Notes: generated from the letters alone by a model not told the origin. Positions 1-10,960 are shown, numbered from the stretch's first letter. The stretch: 64,000 nt of DNA from Thermoanaerobaculia bacterium (GCA_963719225.1 CAVRAY010000001.1:2688001-2752000); one strand, 5' to 3'. A program made the numbers and translations.

Positions 1-323
1 GCGGCGTCCGCGAAGTAGCCTTCGACGATGGCGCCCAGGTCGAGTCCCACGACGTCGCCCGGCTCGAGGACCCGCTTCGGCGACGGAATCCCGTGAACGA
101 CCTCGTCGTTCAGCGAAATGCAGAGCGTCTTCGGATAGCCGCGATAACCCGGGAAGGCGGCCTTGCCGCCGCGCGAAGCGATGCCGGTCGCGGCTACCCG
201 GTCGATCTCCTCGGTCGTCACGCCGACGCGGCAAGCGGCGATGCACTCGGCGAGCGTCTCGTGCACGATGCGCGCGGCGCGCTCCATCTTGAGGATCTCG
301 GACTTGCCCTTGCAGGTGATCAC
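1..323 (-). CDS. map: Methionine aminopeptidase type I (partial, runs off window start)
   Basis: Manual translation from a GTG overlapping the adk stop: VITCKGKSEILKM...GYRGYPKTLCISLNDEVVHGIPS...GDVVGLDLGAIVEGYFADAA. Canonical position after secY-adk. Confidence 0.92.
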   Translation of the reverse strand, partial: MITCKGKSEILKMERAARIVHETLAECIAACRVGVTTEEIDRVAATGIASRGGKAAFPGYRGYPKTLCISLNDEVVHGIPSPKRVLEPGDVVGLDLGAIVEGYFADA

Positions 324-907
324 GACTTCACCGCCCGGCTGCGCTCGACGGCCGACGCCACGTCCGCCGCGACCGCCTCGACGGGGCGGTCTCCGTCGAT
401 CGTGACGAGCGCCCCGGCTTTCGCGTACAGGTCGGCGAGAGGCGCCGTCTTCTCGCGGTAGACGCGGAGCCTTTCGGTGATCGTCTCTTTCGTGTCGTCC
501 GCCCGACCTTCGAGCGTCGCGCGCTTGAGCAGGCGCTCGACGAGGACGGCATCCGGCACGTCGATGAAGAGAACCGCGTCGACGCGGCCTCCGGTTTCCT
601 TCAGGAGCGCCTCCAAGGACCGCGCCTGCGCGACCGTCCGCGGATAGCCGTCGAAGATCGCGCCGTTCTTCGCGTCGGGCCCGTCGAGGCGCTCCTTCAG
701 CATCCGCGTCACGAGGTCGTCCGGCACGAGCGCGCCCGATTCCATGATCGGCTTCGCGATGGCGCCGAGCGCCGTGCCGCGGGCCACGTGGCTCCGCAGG
801 AGATCGCCCGTCGAGATCTGGGGAATGCCGGCAGAGGCCGCGAGCCGCGACGCCTGAGTCCCCTTTCCCGAGCCGGGAGGGCCGAAGAATACGATGGCGG
901 AAGGCAT
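320..907 (-). CDS. adk: Adenylate kinase (short-LID type)
   Basis: C-terminal part of ORF 320..2335 from ATG 907. Motifs GPPGSGKGTQ, ISTGDLLR, DGYPRT, GRADD. Confidence 0.96.
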   Translation of the reverse strand: MPSAIVFFGPPGSGKGTQASRLAASAGIPQISTGDLLRSHVARGTALGAIAKPIMESGALVPDDLVTRMLKERLDGPDAKNGAIFDGYPRTVAQARSLEALLKETGGRVDAVLFIDVPDAVLVERLLKRATLEGRADDTKETITERLRVYREKTAPLADLYAKAGALVTIDGDRPVEAVAADVASAVERSRAVKS

Positions 908-909
908 CG

Positions 910-2316
910 TCAGCCCCGGCGCCCCCGGATGCGGCCCTTCTTCATGAAGCCGTCGTAGTTGCGCATCACGAGCTGCGACTCCACCTGCTGGACGGTGTCC
1001 ATCGCGACGCCCACGACGATGAGGAGCGACGTGCCGCCGAAGTAGAACGTGATGCCCAGGCCCTGCGTGAAGAAGACCGGGAGGTGGGTATCGAGCCAGG
1101 GCCCGATTCCCGGGAGCCCCTGCACCTTGAAGCCCATCATGAGGAACTCGGGAATCAGCGCCACGACGACGAGGTACACCGCGCCGATCAGCGTGATGCG
1201 GGTCAGCACGTTGTCGATGTAGTCCGACGTGGCCTTGCCGGGACGGATGCCTGGAATGAAGCCGCCGTACTTGCGCATGTTCTCGGCCGTGTCGTTCGGG
1301 TTGAAGATGATCGAGATGTAGAAGTAGCAGAAGAAGATGATCCCGAGCCCGTAGAAGAGGTTGTAGAGCGGCTGTCCGATGGAGAGCTGCTCGGCGATCT
1401 TCTTCATGAAGTCGCTCTTGATGGCGGACGCGATGTACTGCGGAAACTGGATGATCGAGATCGCGAAGATGATCGGGATGACGCCGCCCGTATTTACGCG
1501 CAGCGGCAGGTACGTGTTCTGCCCGCCGTAGACCTTCCGGCCCACGACGCGCTTGGCGTACTGCACGGGGATGCGCCGCTGGGCCCGTTCCACGAAGACG
1601 ATCGCCGCGACGACGCCGATCATGAACGCGAGGAGGATGATCCCCGTGAAGAGAGACATCCCGCCCCGCTGTACCTGCTGGATCGAGTTGATGACGGCGG
1701 TCGGGAAGCCCGCGACGATGCCCGCGAAGATGATGAGCGAGATTCCGTTGCCGATTCCGCGTTCCGTGATCTGCTCCCCGAGCCACATGACGAAGGCCGT
1801 GCCGGTCGTCAGCGTCAGGATCGCGAGAAGAACGAAACCGACCTTGCCGACGTCCGACCCCGGGTCCCGGATCGCGAGAGTGCGGCCGCTCGGCGTCGTC
1901 TGGCTCCAGAGCCAGAGCGCGATGCCGGCGCCCTGAACGACCGAGAGGACGACGGTGCCGTAGCGCGTGTACTGCGTGATCTTCCGGCGCCCCATCTCGC
2001 CTTCCTTCGAGAGCTTCTCGAGGTAGGGCCAGACGACCGTCAGGAGCTGCAGGATGATCGATGCCGTGATGTACGGCGTGATGCCGAGCGCGAAGACCGA
2101 CAAGCGCCTCAAGGCGCCGCCCGAGAAGACGTCGAGGAAGCCGAGCAGGCCTCCGGCGCTCGCCTTGAAGAACTCCTCGAGGGCGGAGGCGTCGAGACCG
2201 GGCGTCGGGATGTGCGAACCGATCCGGTAGATCGCGAGCAGCCCGAACGTGAAGAGCACACGCTTCCTCAGGTCGGGGATCGCGAAGATGTTGCGGAACG
2301 ACTCGAGGATCTGCAT
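910..2316 (-). CDS. secY: Preprotein translocase subunit SecY
   Basis: Motifs SVFALGITPYITASII, WLGEQITERGIGNGISLIIF, GGFIPGIRPG, GGTSLLIVVGV. Confidence 0.99.
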   Translation of the reverse strand: MQILESFRNIFAIPDLRKRVLFTFGLLAIYRIGSHIPTPGLDASALEEFFKASAGGLLGFLDVFSGGALRRLSVFALGITPYITASIILQLLTVVWPYLEKLSKEGEMGRRKITQYTRYGTVVLSVVQGAGIALWLWSQTTPSGRTLAIRDPGSDVGKVGFVLLAILTLTTGTAFVMWLGEQITERGIGNGISLIIFAGIVAGFPTAVINSIQQVQRGGMSLFTGIILLAFMIGVVAAIVFVERAQRRIPVQYAKRVVGRKVYGGQNTYLPLRVNTGGVIPIIFAISIIQFPQYIASAIKSDFMKKIAEQLSIGQPLYNLFYGLGIIFFCYFYISIIFNPNDTAENMRKYGGFIPGIRPGKATSDYIDNVLTRITLIGAVYLVVVALIPEFLMMGFKVQGLPGIGPWLDTHLPVFFTQGLGITFYFGGTSLLIVVGVAMDTVQQVESQLVMRNYDGFMKKGRIRGRRG

Positions 2317-2768
2317 TACCGGGCCAGGACCTCACAGCGGCCGCCCGCGGCTTCGATCTTCTTCTTCGCGCCTTCCGTGAATTGGTGCGCCGAGACGATG
2401 AGCGCCTTCTTGAGCTCGCCGGAGCCGAGGACCTTCACGCCCTGGCTCGTCTTCTTGACGCCGGCGTTCTTGAGGGCCTCGAGGGTCACGGTGTCGCCGG
2501 TCTTGAACAACCGCTCCAGAGCCTCGACGCTGACGGTCGACCACTCCCTGCGGAAGATGTTCGTGAAGCCGCGCTTCGGCATGCGGCGATGGAGCGGCAT
2601 CTGGCCGCCTTCGTGGCCGCGCAGGTGCGAATAGCCGCTCCTCGAGTTCTGTCCCTTGTGGCCCTTGCCCGACGTCTTGCCGAGGCCGGAGCCCGGGCCG
2701 CGGCCGATGCGCTTCTTCGACGACGTCGCGCCCTTGCGGGGCCCGAGGTTGTGGAGTCCGTGCGACAT
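2316..2768 (-). CDS. rplO: 50S ribosomal protein L15
   Basis: [26 protein letters not shown] and [19 protein letters not shown] at 2768. Confidence 0.97.
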   Translation of the reverse strand: MSHGLHNLGPRKGATSSKKRIGRGPGSGLGKTSGKGHKGQNSRSGYSHLRGHEGGQMPLHRRMPKRGFTNIFRREWSTVSVEALERLFKTGDTVTLEALKNAGVKKTSQGVKVLGSGELKKALIVSAHQFTEGAKKKIEAAGGRCEVLAR

Positions 2769-2772
2769 GCGT

Positions 2773-3255
2773 TTACCTCGCCGCGCCACCCTCGACGATT
2801 TCGACGAGGTGGCGGACCTTCTGGACCTGGCCCCGAACCGTCGGGGTGTCGGGGCGGACGACCTCGTGGCGGATGCGCCGAAGGCCGAGCCCGAAGAGAG
2901 TGTGTTTCTGGTCGACGGGCGCGCAGATGCCCGATTTGATCTGGCGAATACGGATTTGCTTCGGAGCGGCCGCTGCGGCGGCCGCAGGAGCCGCCGCCTT
3001 CGCGGCGGCCCGGGGTTGCTTAGAAGGGGAAGATGTCAGCGCCGCAGCACTCTCACCGGTCGCGCTTTCTGGGGCCGCCGCGTCGACCTGCGAAGGCACA
3101 TTCACCTTCGAAGAAACTTCGGACGATTCGGCCTTCTTCGCCGCAGCAGTCTTCAGCTCCGCCGGGCCGGCCTGCGCGGGGGTACTCACTTTCGAAGAAG
3201 TCTTCTTCTTCTCGGTCTTCCTCTCGATTCTGTCGGTCTTTTCCGTCTCGCTCAT
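2773..3255 (-). CDS. rpmD: 50S ribosomal protein L30 with ~95-aa Ala/Lys/Ser-rich N-terminal extension
   Basis: C-terminal L30 domain ([10 protein letters not shown]...[35 protein letters not shown]). The start ATG overlaps the rpsE stop (ATGA). Confidence 0.9.
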   Translation of the reverse strand: MSETEKTDRIERKTEKKKTSSKVSTPAQAGPAELKTAAAKKAESSEVSSKVNVPSQVDAAAPESATGESAAALTSSPSKQPRAAAKAAAPAAAAAAAPKQIRIRQIKSGICAPVDQKHTLFGLGLRRIRHEVVRPDTPTVRGQVQKVRHLVEIVEGGAAR

Positions 3256-3911
3256 CCGATCTTCTCCGTGGTCTCGGGCACTGCCACCGGCACCGCCGCG
3301 ACGGGGGCAGCCGTCGCCGGCTCCGCCTTCGCTTCGCCGTTGCCGACGCCGCGCGCTTTCGCGATCGTCGCTTCGAGCTGCAGGTGCTGGAGCGCGTCGA
3401 ACGTGGCCTTGACGACGTTGTGCGGGTTCGTCGTGCCGAGCGACTTCGTCAGGATGTTCTGGACGCCCGCCGATTCGAGCACCGCGCGGACCGCTCCGCC
3501 CGCGATGACGCCGGTGCCTTCGGACGCCGGCTTCAGCATCACGCGGCCCGCGCCGTAGTGGCCGACGATGGGGTGTGGAATCGTCTTGCCTTTCAGCGGG
3601 ACGCTGATCATCTTCTTCTTGGCCATCTCGATGCCCTTCTTGATGGCCATCGGGACTTCCTTCGCCTTTCCGGCGCCGTAGCCGACGCGGCCGTGTCCGT
3701 CGCCCACGACGACGAGGGCCGAGAACGAGAAGTTCTTGCCGCCCTTGACGACCTTCGTCACGCGGTTGATGTGCACGACGTGGTCGATGAGGTCGGCTCC
3801 GGCACGGCCTTCACCGAGGGCGCCGGCCGGGCGGGGCGGCGGTCCGCCGGGGCGGTTGCCGCCCGGACGGTTCGGGCGCGGGGGACGATTGGTCGGCGCG
3901 TTGCTGCTCAA
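3252..3911 (-). CDS. rpsE: 30S ribosomal protein S5
   Basis: [25 protein letters not shown] and [15 protein letters not shown]. Probable TTG start overlapping the rplR stop (TTGA). Confidence 0.95.
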   Translation of the reverse strand: MSSNAPTNRPPRPNRPGGNRPGGPPPRPAGALGEGRAGADLIDHVVHINRVTKVVKGGKNFSFSALVVVGDGHGRVGYGAGKAKEVPMAIKKGIEMAKKKMISVPLKGKTIPHPIVGHYGAGRVMLKPASEGTGVIAGGAVRAVLESAGVQNILTKSLGTTNPHNVVKATFDALQHLQLEATIAKARGVGNGEAKAEPATAAPVAAVPVAVPETTEKIG

Positions 3912-4276
3912 AACTTCAACCCCTTCTCGCGAGCGGCTTCCGCGAGCGCTTTCACGTTGCCGTGGTAGAGATGGCCTCCGCGATCGAACACGACGGCCGA
4001 GATTCCCTTCGCCTGGGCGCGCTCGGCGATGAGCGATCCGACCTTGACGGCGGCCGTCTTGTTGGCTGCGCTCTTCGCCTCGCCGCGCACGCCCGCCTCG
4101 CGCGACGTCGCGTGCGCGAGCGTCGTGCCTTTTGCGTCGTCGATCAGCTGAACGGAAATCCAGCGGAGGGTCCTGGAGACCGCGAGGCGCGGCCGTTCGG
4201 CCGTGCCTTTCACTTTCCGCCGGATCCGCGCGTGGATGCGATCCTTCGCCTCGACCCGGGCTTGTGCCTTGTCCAT
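3908..4276 (-). CDS. rplR: 50S ribosomal protein L18
   Basis: RPRLAVSRT and [23 protein letters not shown]. spc operon position. Confidence 0.97.
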   Translation of the reverse strand: MDKAQARVEAKDRIHARIRRKVKGTAERPRLAVSRTLRWISVQLIDDAKGTTLAHATSREAGVRGEAKSAANKTAAVKVGSLIAERAQAKGISAVVFDRGGHLYHGNVKALAEAAREKGLKF

Positions 4277-4288
4277 GGTGCTCTTTCC

Positions 4289-4846
4289 TTACTTGCCCGT
4301 GGCCTTGCCGGCCTTCTTCTTGAGGACCTCGCCCACGAAGCGGAAACCCTTCAGCTTGTAGGGGTCGGGGGGGCGAATGCCGCGGATCTCGGTCGCCGTC
4401 TGGCCGACCTTCTGCTTGTCGACGCCCGTGACGATGATGTGCGTGATGTCCTTGGCCTTCGCGTCCGGCGCGACCTCGACCTTGATGCCCTCGGGCATCG
4501 GGAACTTCACGACGTGCGAGAAGCCGACGCTGAACACGACGGCCTGCCCCTTGACCTCGGCTTTGAAGCCGATGCCGACGAGGTCGATCTCGCGCTTGAA
4601 GCCCTGGGTGACGCCCAGGACCGCGTTCTGGAGGAGCGCGCGGTTCAGGCCGTGGAGCGCCTTGTCTTTCTTCTCTTCGCCCGCCCGCGCGAGGCGGACG
4701 ATCCCGTCTTTCTTCTCGACCGTGATGCCCGCGAGGATGGGTGTCACGACGGCGCCCTTCGGCCCCTTCACCGTGACCGAAAGATCCGCGACCTGGACGT
4801 CGACGCCCTTGGGAATGGGAATGGGCTTGAGACCGACTCGAGACAT
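4289..4846 (-). CDS. rplF: 50S ribosomal protein L6
   Basis: [26 protein letters not shown]. Confidence 0.97.
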   Translation of the reverse strand: MSRVGLKPIPIPKGVDVQVADLSVTVKGPKGAVVTPILAGITVEKKDGIVRLARAGEEKKDKALHGLNRALLQNAVLGVTQGFKREIDLVGIGFKAEVKGQAVVFSVGFSHVVKFPMPEGIKVEVAPDAKAKDITHIIVTGVDKQKVGQTATEIRGIRPPDPYKLKGFRFVGEVLKKKAGKATGK

Positions 4847-4854
4847 GTCGCTCC

Positions 4855-5253
4855 TCACCACACCGTGCAGACGACCTCGCCGCCCACGCCGCGCTTCTTC
4901 GCGTCGTGGCCGGTGAGGAGACCCTGCGAGGTGGACACGATGGCGACGCCGAGTCCGCCGAGAACCTCGGGAAGCTCGTTCTTGCCGGCATAGAGGCGCC
5001 GTCCCGGCTTGCTCGAGCGCGCGAGGCCGTGAATGACGGGATTCCCAATATCGTCGTACTTGAGGTAGAGGCGCAGGAGGCTGCCGCCCCGGTCGTCCAT
5101 CACCTTGAAGTTCTTGATGTAGCCCTCGTCCTTGAGGATCCGGGCGAGCTCGACCTTGAAGCGCGACGACGGGATGTCGGCCTTCTCGTGCCGGGCCGAC
5201 AGCGCGTTCCTCAGGCGCGCGAGGAGATCGGAGACGGGATCGCTGATGTTCAT
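4855..5253 (-). CDS. rpsH: 30S ribosomal protein S8
   Basis: [42 protein letters not shown]. Confidence 0.98.
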   Translation of the reverse strand: MNISDPVSDLLARLRNALSARHEKADIPSSRFKVELARILKDEGYIKNFKVMDDRGGSLLRLYLKYDDIGNPVIHGLARSSKPGRRLYAGKNELPEVLGGLGVAIVSTSQGLLTGHDAKKRGVGGEVVCTVW

Positions 5254-5263
5254 CGTCTCCTCC

Positions 5264-5449
5264 TCACCACGACGCCTTCGTCACCCCGGGCACGTAGCCC
5301 GCGAGCGCGAGGTTCCGGAAGCAGATGCGGCACAGGCCGAACTTCCGCATGAACGCCCGCGGACGGCCGCAGCGCCTGCAGCGGTTTCGCTTGCGGATCG
5401 CGTATTTCAGTTTCGAGTTCGCCTTGATGATCGCGGCGCGACGAGCCAT
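5264..5449 (-). CDS. rpsN: 30S ribosomal protein S14, type Z (zinc-binding, 61 aa)
   Basis: MARRA...[24 protein letters not shown]...PGVTKASW, with two CxxC motifs. Confidence 0.97.
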   Translation of the reverse strand: MARRAAIIKANSKLKYAIRKRNRCRRCGRPRAFMRKFGLCRICFRNLALAGYVPGVTKASW

Positions 5450-5468
5450 GCCTGCGCTCCTTGACTTG

Positions 5469-6014
5469 CTATCGGCCGAACGGCATGCCGAGCTCTCGCA
5501 AGAGAACCCGGGCCCGGTCATCCGAGCCTGCCGTCGTGACGATGGTGACGTTGAGACCCTTGGACTTGTCGATCTTCGTGGGGTCGATTTCGGGAAAGAT
5601 GAGATGGTCCTTGACGCCGAGCGTGTAGTTGCCGCGCCCGTCGAACGCGCGCGTCGGCACGCCCCGGAAGTCGCGCACGCGCGGGAGCGCGACGTTCATG
5701 AGGCGGTCGAGGAACTCGTACATCCTGTCGCCCCGCAACGTCACGCGGCAGCCGATCGGCATGCCGGCGCGCAGCTTGAACGTGGCGATGGATTTCTTCG
5801 CACGCGTGACGACGGCACGCTGGCCGGCGATCTTCGTGAGCTCCTCGGCAGCCGCGTCGACGAGCTTCGCGTTCGTGATGGCCTCGCCGATCCCCATGTT
5901 GAGAACGACCTTTTCCAGCCTGGGAACGGCCATCGGGTTCGCGATCCCGAACTCCTTCTTGAGGACCGGGATGACGTCCTTCTTGTATCTGTCCTGGAGA
6001 CGTGCGGTTGTCAT
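5469..6014 (-). CDS. rplE: 50S ribosomal protein L5
   Basis: [44 protein letters not shown] at 6014. Confidence 0.98.
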   Translation of the reverse strand: MTTARLQDRYKKDVIPVLKKEFGIANPMAVPRLEKVVLNMGIGEAITNAKLVDAAAEELTKIAGQRAVVTRAKKSIATFKLRAGMPIGCRVTLRGDRMYEFLDRLMNVALPRVRDFRGVPTRAFDGRGNYTLGVKDHLIFPEIDPTKIDKSKGLNVTIVTTAGSDDRARVLLRELGMPFGR

Positions 6015-6021
6015 GGCGTCC

Positions 6022-6387
6022 TCACTCGGCCGCCGGCCGGAGGGTGCCGATGGTGGCCCCGCTCTTCTTGGCGTAACGCACCCATTCGCCGCCCTCGGCA
6101 CGGATTCCCACGCGCGTCGGCTTGCCGCCCTCGGGGTCGACGAGCATGAGGTTCGACAGGGCGATCGGCGCCTCGCGCTCGAGGATGCCGCCCTTGATGT
6201 TCTTCTGGGGATTCGCGCGCGTGGCCCGCTTGATCTTGTTGACGCCTTCGACGACGGCGCGGCCCTTCTCGGGCAGCACCTTGAGGATCTTCCCGCGCGC
6301 TCCGCGGTCCTTCCCCGTCAGGACGATGACGACGTCGTCCTTGCGGATCCGGCGCTTCCCGGTGTACGTCGGCTGCCTTTTCTTCAT
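6022..6387 (-). CDS. rplX: 50S ribosomal protein L24
   Basis: KOW motif [13 protein letters not shown] and [11 protein letters not shown]. Confidence 0.97.
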   Translation of the reverse strand: MKKRQPTYTGKRRIRKDDVVIVLTGKDRGARGKILKVLPEKGRAVVEGVNKIKRATRANPQKNIKGGILEREAPIALSNLMLVDPEGGKPTRVGIRAEGGEWVRYAKKSGATIGTLRPAAE

Positions 6388-6388
6388 G

Positions 6389-6763
6389 TCAGATGACTTC
6401 CGGAGCCAGCGAGATGATCTTCATGAACTTCTTCTCGCGGAGCTCCCTGGCGACCGGCCCGAACACGCGAGTCCCGATCGGCTCCCTTTCGTTGTTGACG
6501 AGGACGGCGGCGTTCGTGTCGAACCTGATGTAGCTGCCGTCGCGGCGACGCTGCTCGCGCACCGTGCGCACGATGACGGCCTTGACGACCTTGCCCTTCT
6601 TGACCGGGTCGGGCGCGTCCGGGTTCGACTCCCTCACCGAGCAGGTGATGACGTCGCCGATGCGGCCGAAATCCCCGGTCGAGCCGCCCTGCACCTTGAT
6701 GCACGCCAGACGTCGGGCACCGGAGTTGTCGGCGACCTCGAGGATCGTCCCCATCTGGATCAC
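6389..6763 (-). CDS. rplN: 50S ribosomal protein L14
   Basis: [42 protein letters not shown]. Confidence 0.98.
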   Translation of the reverse strand: MIQMGTILEVADNSGARRLACIKVQGGSTGDFGRIGDVITCSVRESNPDAPDPVKKGKVVKAVIVRTVREQRRRDGSYIRFDTNAAVLVNNEREPIGTRVFGPVARELREKKFMKIISLAPEVI

Positions 6764-7170
6764 GATTCCCTCCCCGCCGGCTCGGACGTGCCCTTCGCGG
6801 GCGCCTTCTTCTCGGGCGCGCTCTTCGCCGAGCTTCTCGTCTCGCTGCCCGGGACCTCGGCCGTGTCGGAGACGAGGGCGCGGCCCTTCGTCACGATCGC
6901 GATCACGCGCCAGCGTTTTTTGGCCGACAGAGGCCGGGTTTCCTCGATCTGCACGGTGTCGCCGGGCTGCGCCTTGAGGACGCGGTCGTCCGCCAGGAAC
7001 CGCGCCGACTTCCGCTGGTAACGGCCGTAGCGCGTGTGCTTGACGAGGCGAGACACCTCGACGACCACGGTCTTCTCCATCTTGTTCGAGACGACGGTCC
7101 CGACCTTCCGGCTGCGCCGCGGCTCGACGGCCGTCGCGATTTCAGGGGTGCTGCTCATGGGCGTGCTCAC
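6760..7170 (-). CDS. rpsQ: 30S ribosomal protein S17 with C-terminal extension
   Basis: [16 protein letters not shown] and [13 protein letters not shown], followed by a ~40-aa tail. Start is GTG 7170 or ATG 7158. Confidence 0.95.
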   Translation of the reverse strand: MSTPMSSTPEIATAVEPRRSRKVGTVVSNKMEKTVVVEVSRLVKHTRYGRYQRKSARFLADDRVLKAQPGDTVQIEETRPLSAKKRWRVIAIVTKGRALVSDTAEVPGSETRSSAKSAPEKKAPAKGTSEPAGRES

Positions 7171-7186
7171 TGCTTCCTGTTACGAA

Positions 7187-7693
7187 CTACTTCTTCTTGC
7201 TTTTCTTGCTGGGAGCGGACTTGGCCTTCGGAGGAGCGGCCGTCTTCCCCTTAGGTCCTGAAGATTTCTTAGAAGGGGCCTGAGCCTTCGCAGCCGCGCC
7301 GCCCGTCTTCGAGCCCGTCGCCGCAGCCGTCTTCTTCTTGTGGGCGGCCGCGCGCTTCTTCGCGCCTTTGCCCGTTGCCGCGGCGTGGGGCTTCGGTTTC
7401 GCCGTCCCCGCCGCGCTCTTCTCATTCGCAGAAATCTTCTCTTCGGTCCCCTCCGAAACCCCAGTCTCATGAGTCTCGGCGGCCGCAGCGGCCGCCGCCT
7501 CGGCCGCGCTCATGTGCTGCGCGGTCTTCAGGCGGGCGATGTCCTTGCGGAGCTCCTTGATCTTCATGGGATTCTCGAGCTGGCCCGTAGCCTTCTGGAG
7601 GCGGAGCGTGAAGAGGGACTGCGCCCACTCCTTCGCCTTGGCGGCCTTTTCCTCGGCGGACCAGTCGAGCATCGCCTGGATCTTCATCGTCAT
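7187..7693 (-). CDS. rpmC: 50S ribosomal protein L29 with ~105-aa Lys/Ala-rich C-terminal tail
   Basis: [31 protein letters not shown]. Lies between rplP and rpsQ. Confidence 0.93.
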   Translation of the reverse strand: MTMKIQAMLDWSAEEKAAKAKEWAQSLFTLRLQKATGQLENPMKIKELRKDIARLKTAQHMSAAEAAAAAAAETHETGVSEGTEEKISANEKSAAGTAKPKPHAAATGKGAKKRAAAHKKKTAAATGSKTGGAAAKAQAPSKKSSGPKGKTAAPPKAKSAPSKKSKKK

Positions 7694-7697
7694 CTCG

Positions 7698-8123
7698 TCA
7701 CCTCACCGCCGCGAGGAAGGAGCGCGAGACGAATCGGGTCTTGATCCCGATCTTGTCCGACGCGAGGCCGAAGGCCTCGCGCGCGGTCTTCTCGTCGACG
7801 CCTTCCATCTCGAACAGGATGCGGGCGGGCTTGATGACGCACACCCAGCCTTCGGGCGCGCCCTTGCCCTTGCCCATGCGCGTCTCGGCGGGTTTCTTCG
7901 TGATCGGCTTGTCCGGAAACACGCGGATCCAGAGCTTTCCGCCGCGCTTCACGTGGCGCTGCACCGCGACGCGGCCCGCCTCGATCTGGCGCGCCGTGAG
8001 CCAGCCCGGCTCGAGCGCCTGCAGCCCGTACTCCCCGTTCGAGAGAGACGAGCCCTTGCGCGCCGTGCCGCGCATGCGGCCGCGCTGCTGCTTTCTGTAC
8101 TTGACCTTCGACGGCATCAACAT
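7698..8123 (-). CDS. rplP: 50S ribosomal protein L16
   Basis: [16 protein letters not shown] and [22 protein letters not shown]. Confidence 0.98.
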   Translation of the reverse strand: MLMPSKVKYRKQQRGRMRGTARKGSSLSNGEYGLQALEPGWLTARQIEAGRVAVQRHVKRGGKLWIRVFPDKPITKKPAETRMGKGKGAPEGWVCVIKPARILFEMEGVDEKTAREAFGLASDKIGIKTRFVSRSFLAAVR

Positions 8124-8135
8124 GAGCGTTGTTCC

Positions 8136-8783
8136 TTACGCGACTTTCCGGCGGCTCTTGGCGCGGTGGAGGTCGCCCTTGTAGATCCAGCACTTGACGC
8201 CGATCTTTCCGTACGTCGTGCGCGCCTCGGCGAAGCCGTAGTCGATGTCGGCCTTGAGCGTGTGAAGAGGAAGGCGACCTTCCTGGTACCACTCCGAGCG
8301 CGCGATCTCGGCTCCGTTGAGGCGCCCCCCGCAGCGGATCTTGATGCCCTGCGCGCCGAACCGGAACGCGGACTCCATGCCCTTCTTCATCGCCCGGCGG
8401 AAGGCGACGCGGCGCTCGAGCTGCATCGCGATGGACTCGGCGACGAGCTGGGCGTCCGTTTCGGGGCGCTGGATCTCGACGATGTTCACGTGGATGTCCT
8501 TCCCGAGCCGCTGCTGCAGCCGGTCGCGGAGCTGGTCCACGGACGCGCCCTTCTTCCCGATGATGACGCCGGGGCGGGCCGTCATGATGTTGATCTTCAG
8601 CTTGTTGCCGCGCTCGATCTCCACCTCGGAGACCGCCGCGTTGACGAGATCCCGCTTGAGCTCGTCGCGGAGCTTCAGGTCGTCGTGAAGGAACTTGAGG
8701 TAGTCCTTTTCCGCGTACCAGCGCGAATGCCAGGTCCGGTTGTAGCCGATACGAAAACCGTAGGGGTGGACTTTCTGACCCAT
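8136..8783 (-). CDS. rpsC: 30S ribosomal protein S3
   Basis: [35 protein letters not shown]. Confidence 0.98.
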   Translation of the reverse strand: MGQKVHPYGFRIGYNRTWHSRWYAEKDYLKFLHDDLKLRDELKRDLVNAAVSEVEIERGNKLKINIMTARPGVIIGKKGASVDQLRDRLQQRLGKDIHVNIVEIQRPETDAQLVAESIAMQLERRVAFRRAMKKGMESAFRFGAQGIKIRCGGRLNGAEIARSEWYQEGRLPLHTLKADIDYGFAEARTTYGKIGVKCWIYKGDLHRAKSRRKVA

Positions 8784-8794
8784 CGTTTGCTCCG

Positions 8795-9451
8795 TTATCC
8801 GGCCGATTCCGGCTTCGTCGGCTTCTTGGACTTCTTCTCGTGTTTTTCGTGCTTTTCCTGATTTGCTTCGGCTGCTTCGACCCGCTCGGCGCGCTTCTCG
8901 TCGGACGCCACTTTCTTGTGCGCTCGCTCGACCGCCCGGTCTTCCCGGCCGGGGCGATGCGCGGCGGCGGAAACGGCGGCCGCGACGCGGCCCTGGCGCT
9001 TCTTGACGAGCGGCTTCGGTGCTTCGGCCTTGAGACCCGCTTCCTTCCGGGCGGCCGCGTCGTCCGAGAGCGTGACCGTCACGTGGCAGAAAGGACGCGG
9101 GATGAGCCACATGCGGCCCTGCGGGCCGCTCATGAAGCGCGGACGGGCGAAGCGCTTCTTGTAGTTGGAGATCGCGCGGATCATCGCGTTGCGCTGGAGC
9201 GGCTTGCGTCCGGCTTCGTCGACGTGGATCTTCGAGACGACGAGCGCGTCCGCGTCCACGCCCGACTCGTTCTGCCGGGCGTTCGCGATCGCGGACTCCA
9301 CGAGCTTCAGGAGGTCTGACGAGCAGCCCTTGCGCGTCGTGCGCAGCGTCGCGAGGGCTTTCCCGACGGGTTTCATCCGGATGAGGTCGGCGACGAGCCG
9401 CACCTTCTGGGCGGAGCCCCTGTAATGGCGGAGACGGGCGACTGCTTGCAT
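8795..9451 (-). CDS. rplV: 50S ribosomal protein L22 with beta-hairpin insertion and long C-terminal tail
   Basis: [25 protein letters not shown]...[10 protein letters not shown]...HVTVTL. Lies between rpsS and rpsC, with a GAGGAG RBS. Confidence 0.93.
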   Translation of the reverse strand: MQAVARLRHYRGSAQKVRLVADLIRMKPVGKALATLRTTRKGCSSDLLKLVESAIANARQNESGVDADALVVSKIHVDEAGRKPLQRNAMIRAISNYKKRFARPRFMSGPQGRMWLIPRPFCHVTVTLSDDAAARKEAGLKAEAPKPLVKKRQGRVAAAVSAAAHRPGREDRAVERAHKKVASDEKRAERVEAAEANQEKHEKHEKKSKKPTKPESAG

Positions 9452-9462
9452 CGCTCTCCTCC

Positions 9463-9816
9463 TCAGGCCTTCGCCGCCGGCGCGGCCACGGGAGCGCCCG
9501 GCGCGCCCGGTGCGCCAGGAACGCCCGGTGCGCCAGGCGTCGCACCCTTCTCGACCTTCTTGCCCGAGTGGCCCTTGAAGATGCGCGTGGGCGAGAACTC
9601 GCCGAGCTTGTGCCCGACCATGTTCTCGGAGATGTAGACGGGGATGAACTTCTTGCCGTTGTGGACGGCGAGCGTGTGTCCGACCATGTCGGGCAGGATC
9701 GTCGAGCGGCGCGACCACGTCTTCAGGACGCGCTTCTCTCCGGCCGCGTTCATCGCGGTGATCTTCTCGAGGAGCGGCGTGTCGACGAACGGCCCCTTTT
9801 TCGTGGAACGAGACAT
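9463..9816 (-). CDS. rpsS: 30S ribosomal protein S19 with Pro-Gly-Ala tail
   Basis: [33 protein letters not shown]. Confidence 0.98.
   Translation of the reverse strand: MSRSTKKGPFVDTPLLEKITAMNAAGEKRVLKTWSRRSTILPDMVGHTLAVHNGKKFIPVYISENMVGHKLGEFSPTRIFKGHSGKKVEKGATPGAPGVPGAPGAPGAPVAAPAAKA
9494..9538. repeat. Five tandem 9-bp units (RCGCCMGGH) encoding the PGA/PGV tail of S19
   Basis: gcgcccggc gcgcccggt gcgccagga acgcccggt gcgccaggc, read directly. Confidence 0.85.
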
Positions 9817-9832
9817 GTGTTTCCTCGAATCC

Positions 9833-10654
9833 CTACTTGCGGCGCTTGACGATCATGGCGTCGGTCCGCTTGTTGTTGCGCGTCTTCATACCCTTCGTCT
9901 TCCAGCCCCACGGCGAGGTCGGATGGCGCCCTCCCGACGTCTTGCCCTCTCCGCCGCCCATCGGGTGGTCGACGGGATTCATGGCGACGCCGCGGTTGTG
10001 GGACTTCCAGCCGAGCCAGCGGTTGCGCCCGGCTTTGCCGATGGAGATGTTCTCGTGCTCGAGGTTGCCGACCTGGCCGATCGTGGCGTAGCAATCGACG
10101 CCGACGCGCCGAAGCTCGCCCGACGGCACACGGAGGAGCGCGAAGGCTCCTTCTTTCGCCATGAGCTGAGCCCCGGCTCCGGCGGAGCGCGCGAGCTGAC
10201 CGCCCCCGCCCGGCTTGAATTCGACGTTGTGGACGACCGTGCCGAGAGGGATCGCCTTGAGCGGGAGCGCATTTCCAACCACGATGTCGACGGCGGGACC
10301 GGCCACGACCGTCTGGCCGACCGCGAGGCCGGCGGGCGCCACGATGTACCTCTTCTCCCCGTCGGCGTAGGCGAGGAGCGCGATGCGCGCCGAGCGGTTC
10401 GGGTCGTACTCGATGGAGGCGACCTTCGCCGGGATGTCGCGCTTGTCGCGCTTGAAGTCGATGTCGCGATAGCGTTTCTTGTGTCCGCCGCCCCGCCACC
10501 AGGACGTGAGGTGGCCGCGGCTGTCGCGGCCACCGGTCTTGAGCTTCCCGCGCGTGAGCGACTTTGTCGGCGTGGACTTCGTGATCTCCGAGAAGTCGGA
10601 CGTGGTCCGCTGGCGGAGGCCGGGAGACGTGGGTTTGTACGATTTGACGGGCAT
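9833..10654 (-). CDS. rplB: 50S ribosomal protein L2
   Basis: [13 protein letters not shown] and [17 protein letters not shown]. Confidence 0.99.
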   Translation of the reverse strand: MPVKSYKPTSPGLRQRTTSDFSEITKSTPTKSLTRGKLKTGGRDSRGHLTSWWRGGGHKKRYRDIDFKRDKRDIPAKVASIEYDPNRSARIALLAYADGEKRYIVAPAGLAVGQTVVAGPAVDIVVGNALPLKAIPLGTVVHNVEFKPGGGGQLARSAGAGAQLMAKEGAFALLRVPSGELRRVGVDCYATIGQVGNLEHENISIGKAGRNRWLGWKSHNRGVAMNPVDHPMGGGEGKTSGGRHPTSPWGWKTKGMKTRNNKRTDAMIVKRRK

Positions 10655-10660
10655 GGCGCG

Positions 10661-10960
10661 TTACACCCCTTCGAAGAGGGCCGGAAGCTTCTGGCCCTTC
10701 GCCAGCTTCACGTAGGCCTTCTTGCGATCCTGGGCCCGGCCGATCGACTTGCCGACCTTCTTGATCTTCCCGGACACGGCGACGACGCGGACGGCGTCCA
10801 CCTTGACCTGAAAGAGGGCCTCGACGGCTTTGCGGATCTGGATCTTGTTCGCGTCGCGGGCGACGTCGAACGTGAGGACGTTCTGCGCCTGGCTCATCGC
10901 CGTCGAGCGCTCGGTGAGGACGGGACGAACGAGCACCGACTGCATCGTTCGCTCGCTCAC
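10661..10960 (-). CDS. rplW: 50S ribosomal protein L23
   Basis: RPVLTERS, ANKIQIRKAVEALFQVKV, KKAYVKL. GTG start overlaps the rplD stop. Confidence 0.95.
   Translation of the reverse strand: MSERTMQSVLVRPVLTERSTAMSQAQNVLTFDVARDANKIQIRKAVEALFQVKVDAVRVVAVSGKIKKVGKSIGRAQDRKKAYVKLAKGQKLPALFEGV

Noticed and set aside
320-2335. Apparent 671-aa adenylate kinase, and similar long N-termini on the rpsE, rpsC, rplV, rplW, rplJ, rlmB, pyrH, rdgB and serA ORFs
   Set aside because: The upstream parts are off-frame readings of neighbouring genes. Proper starts exist at the gene junctions.
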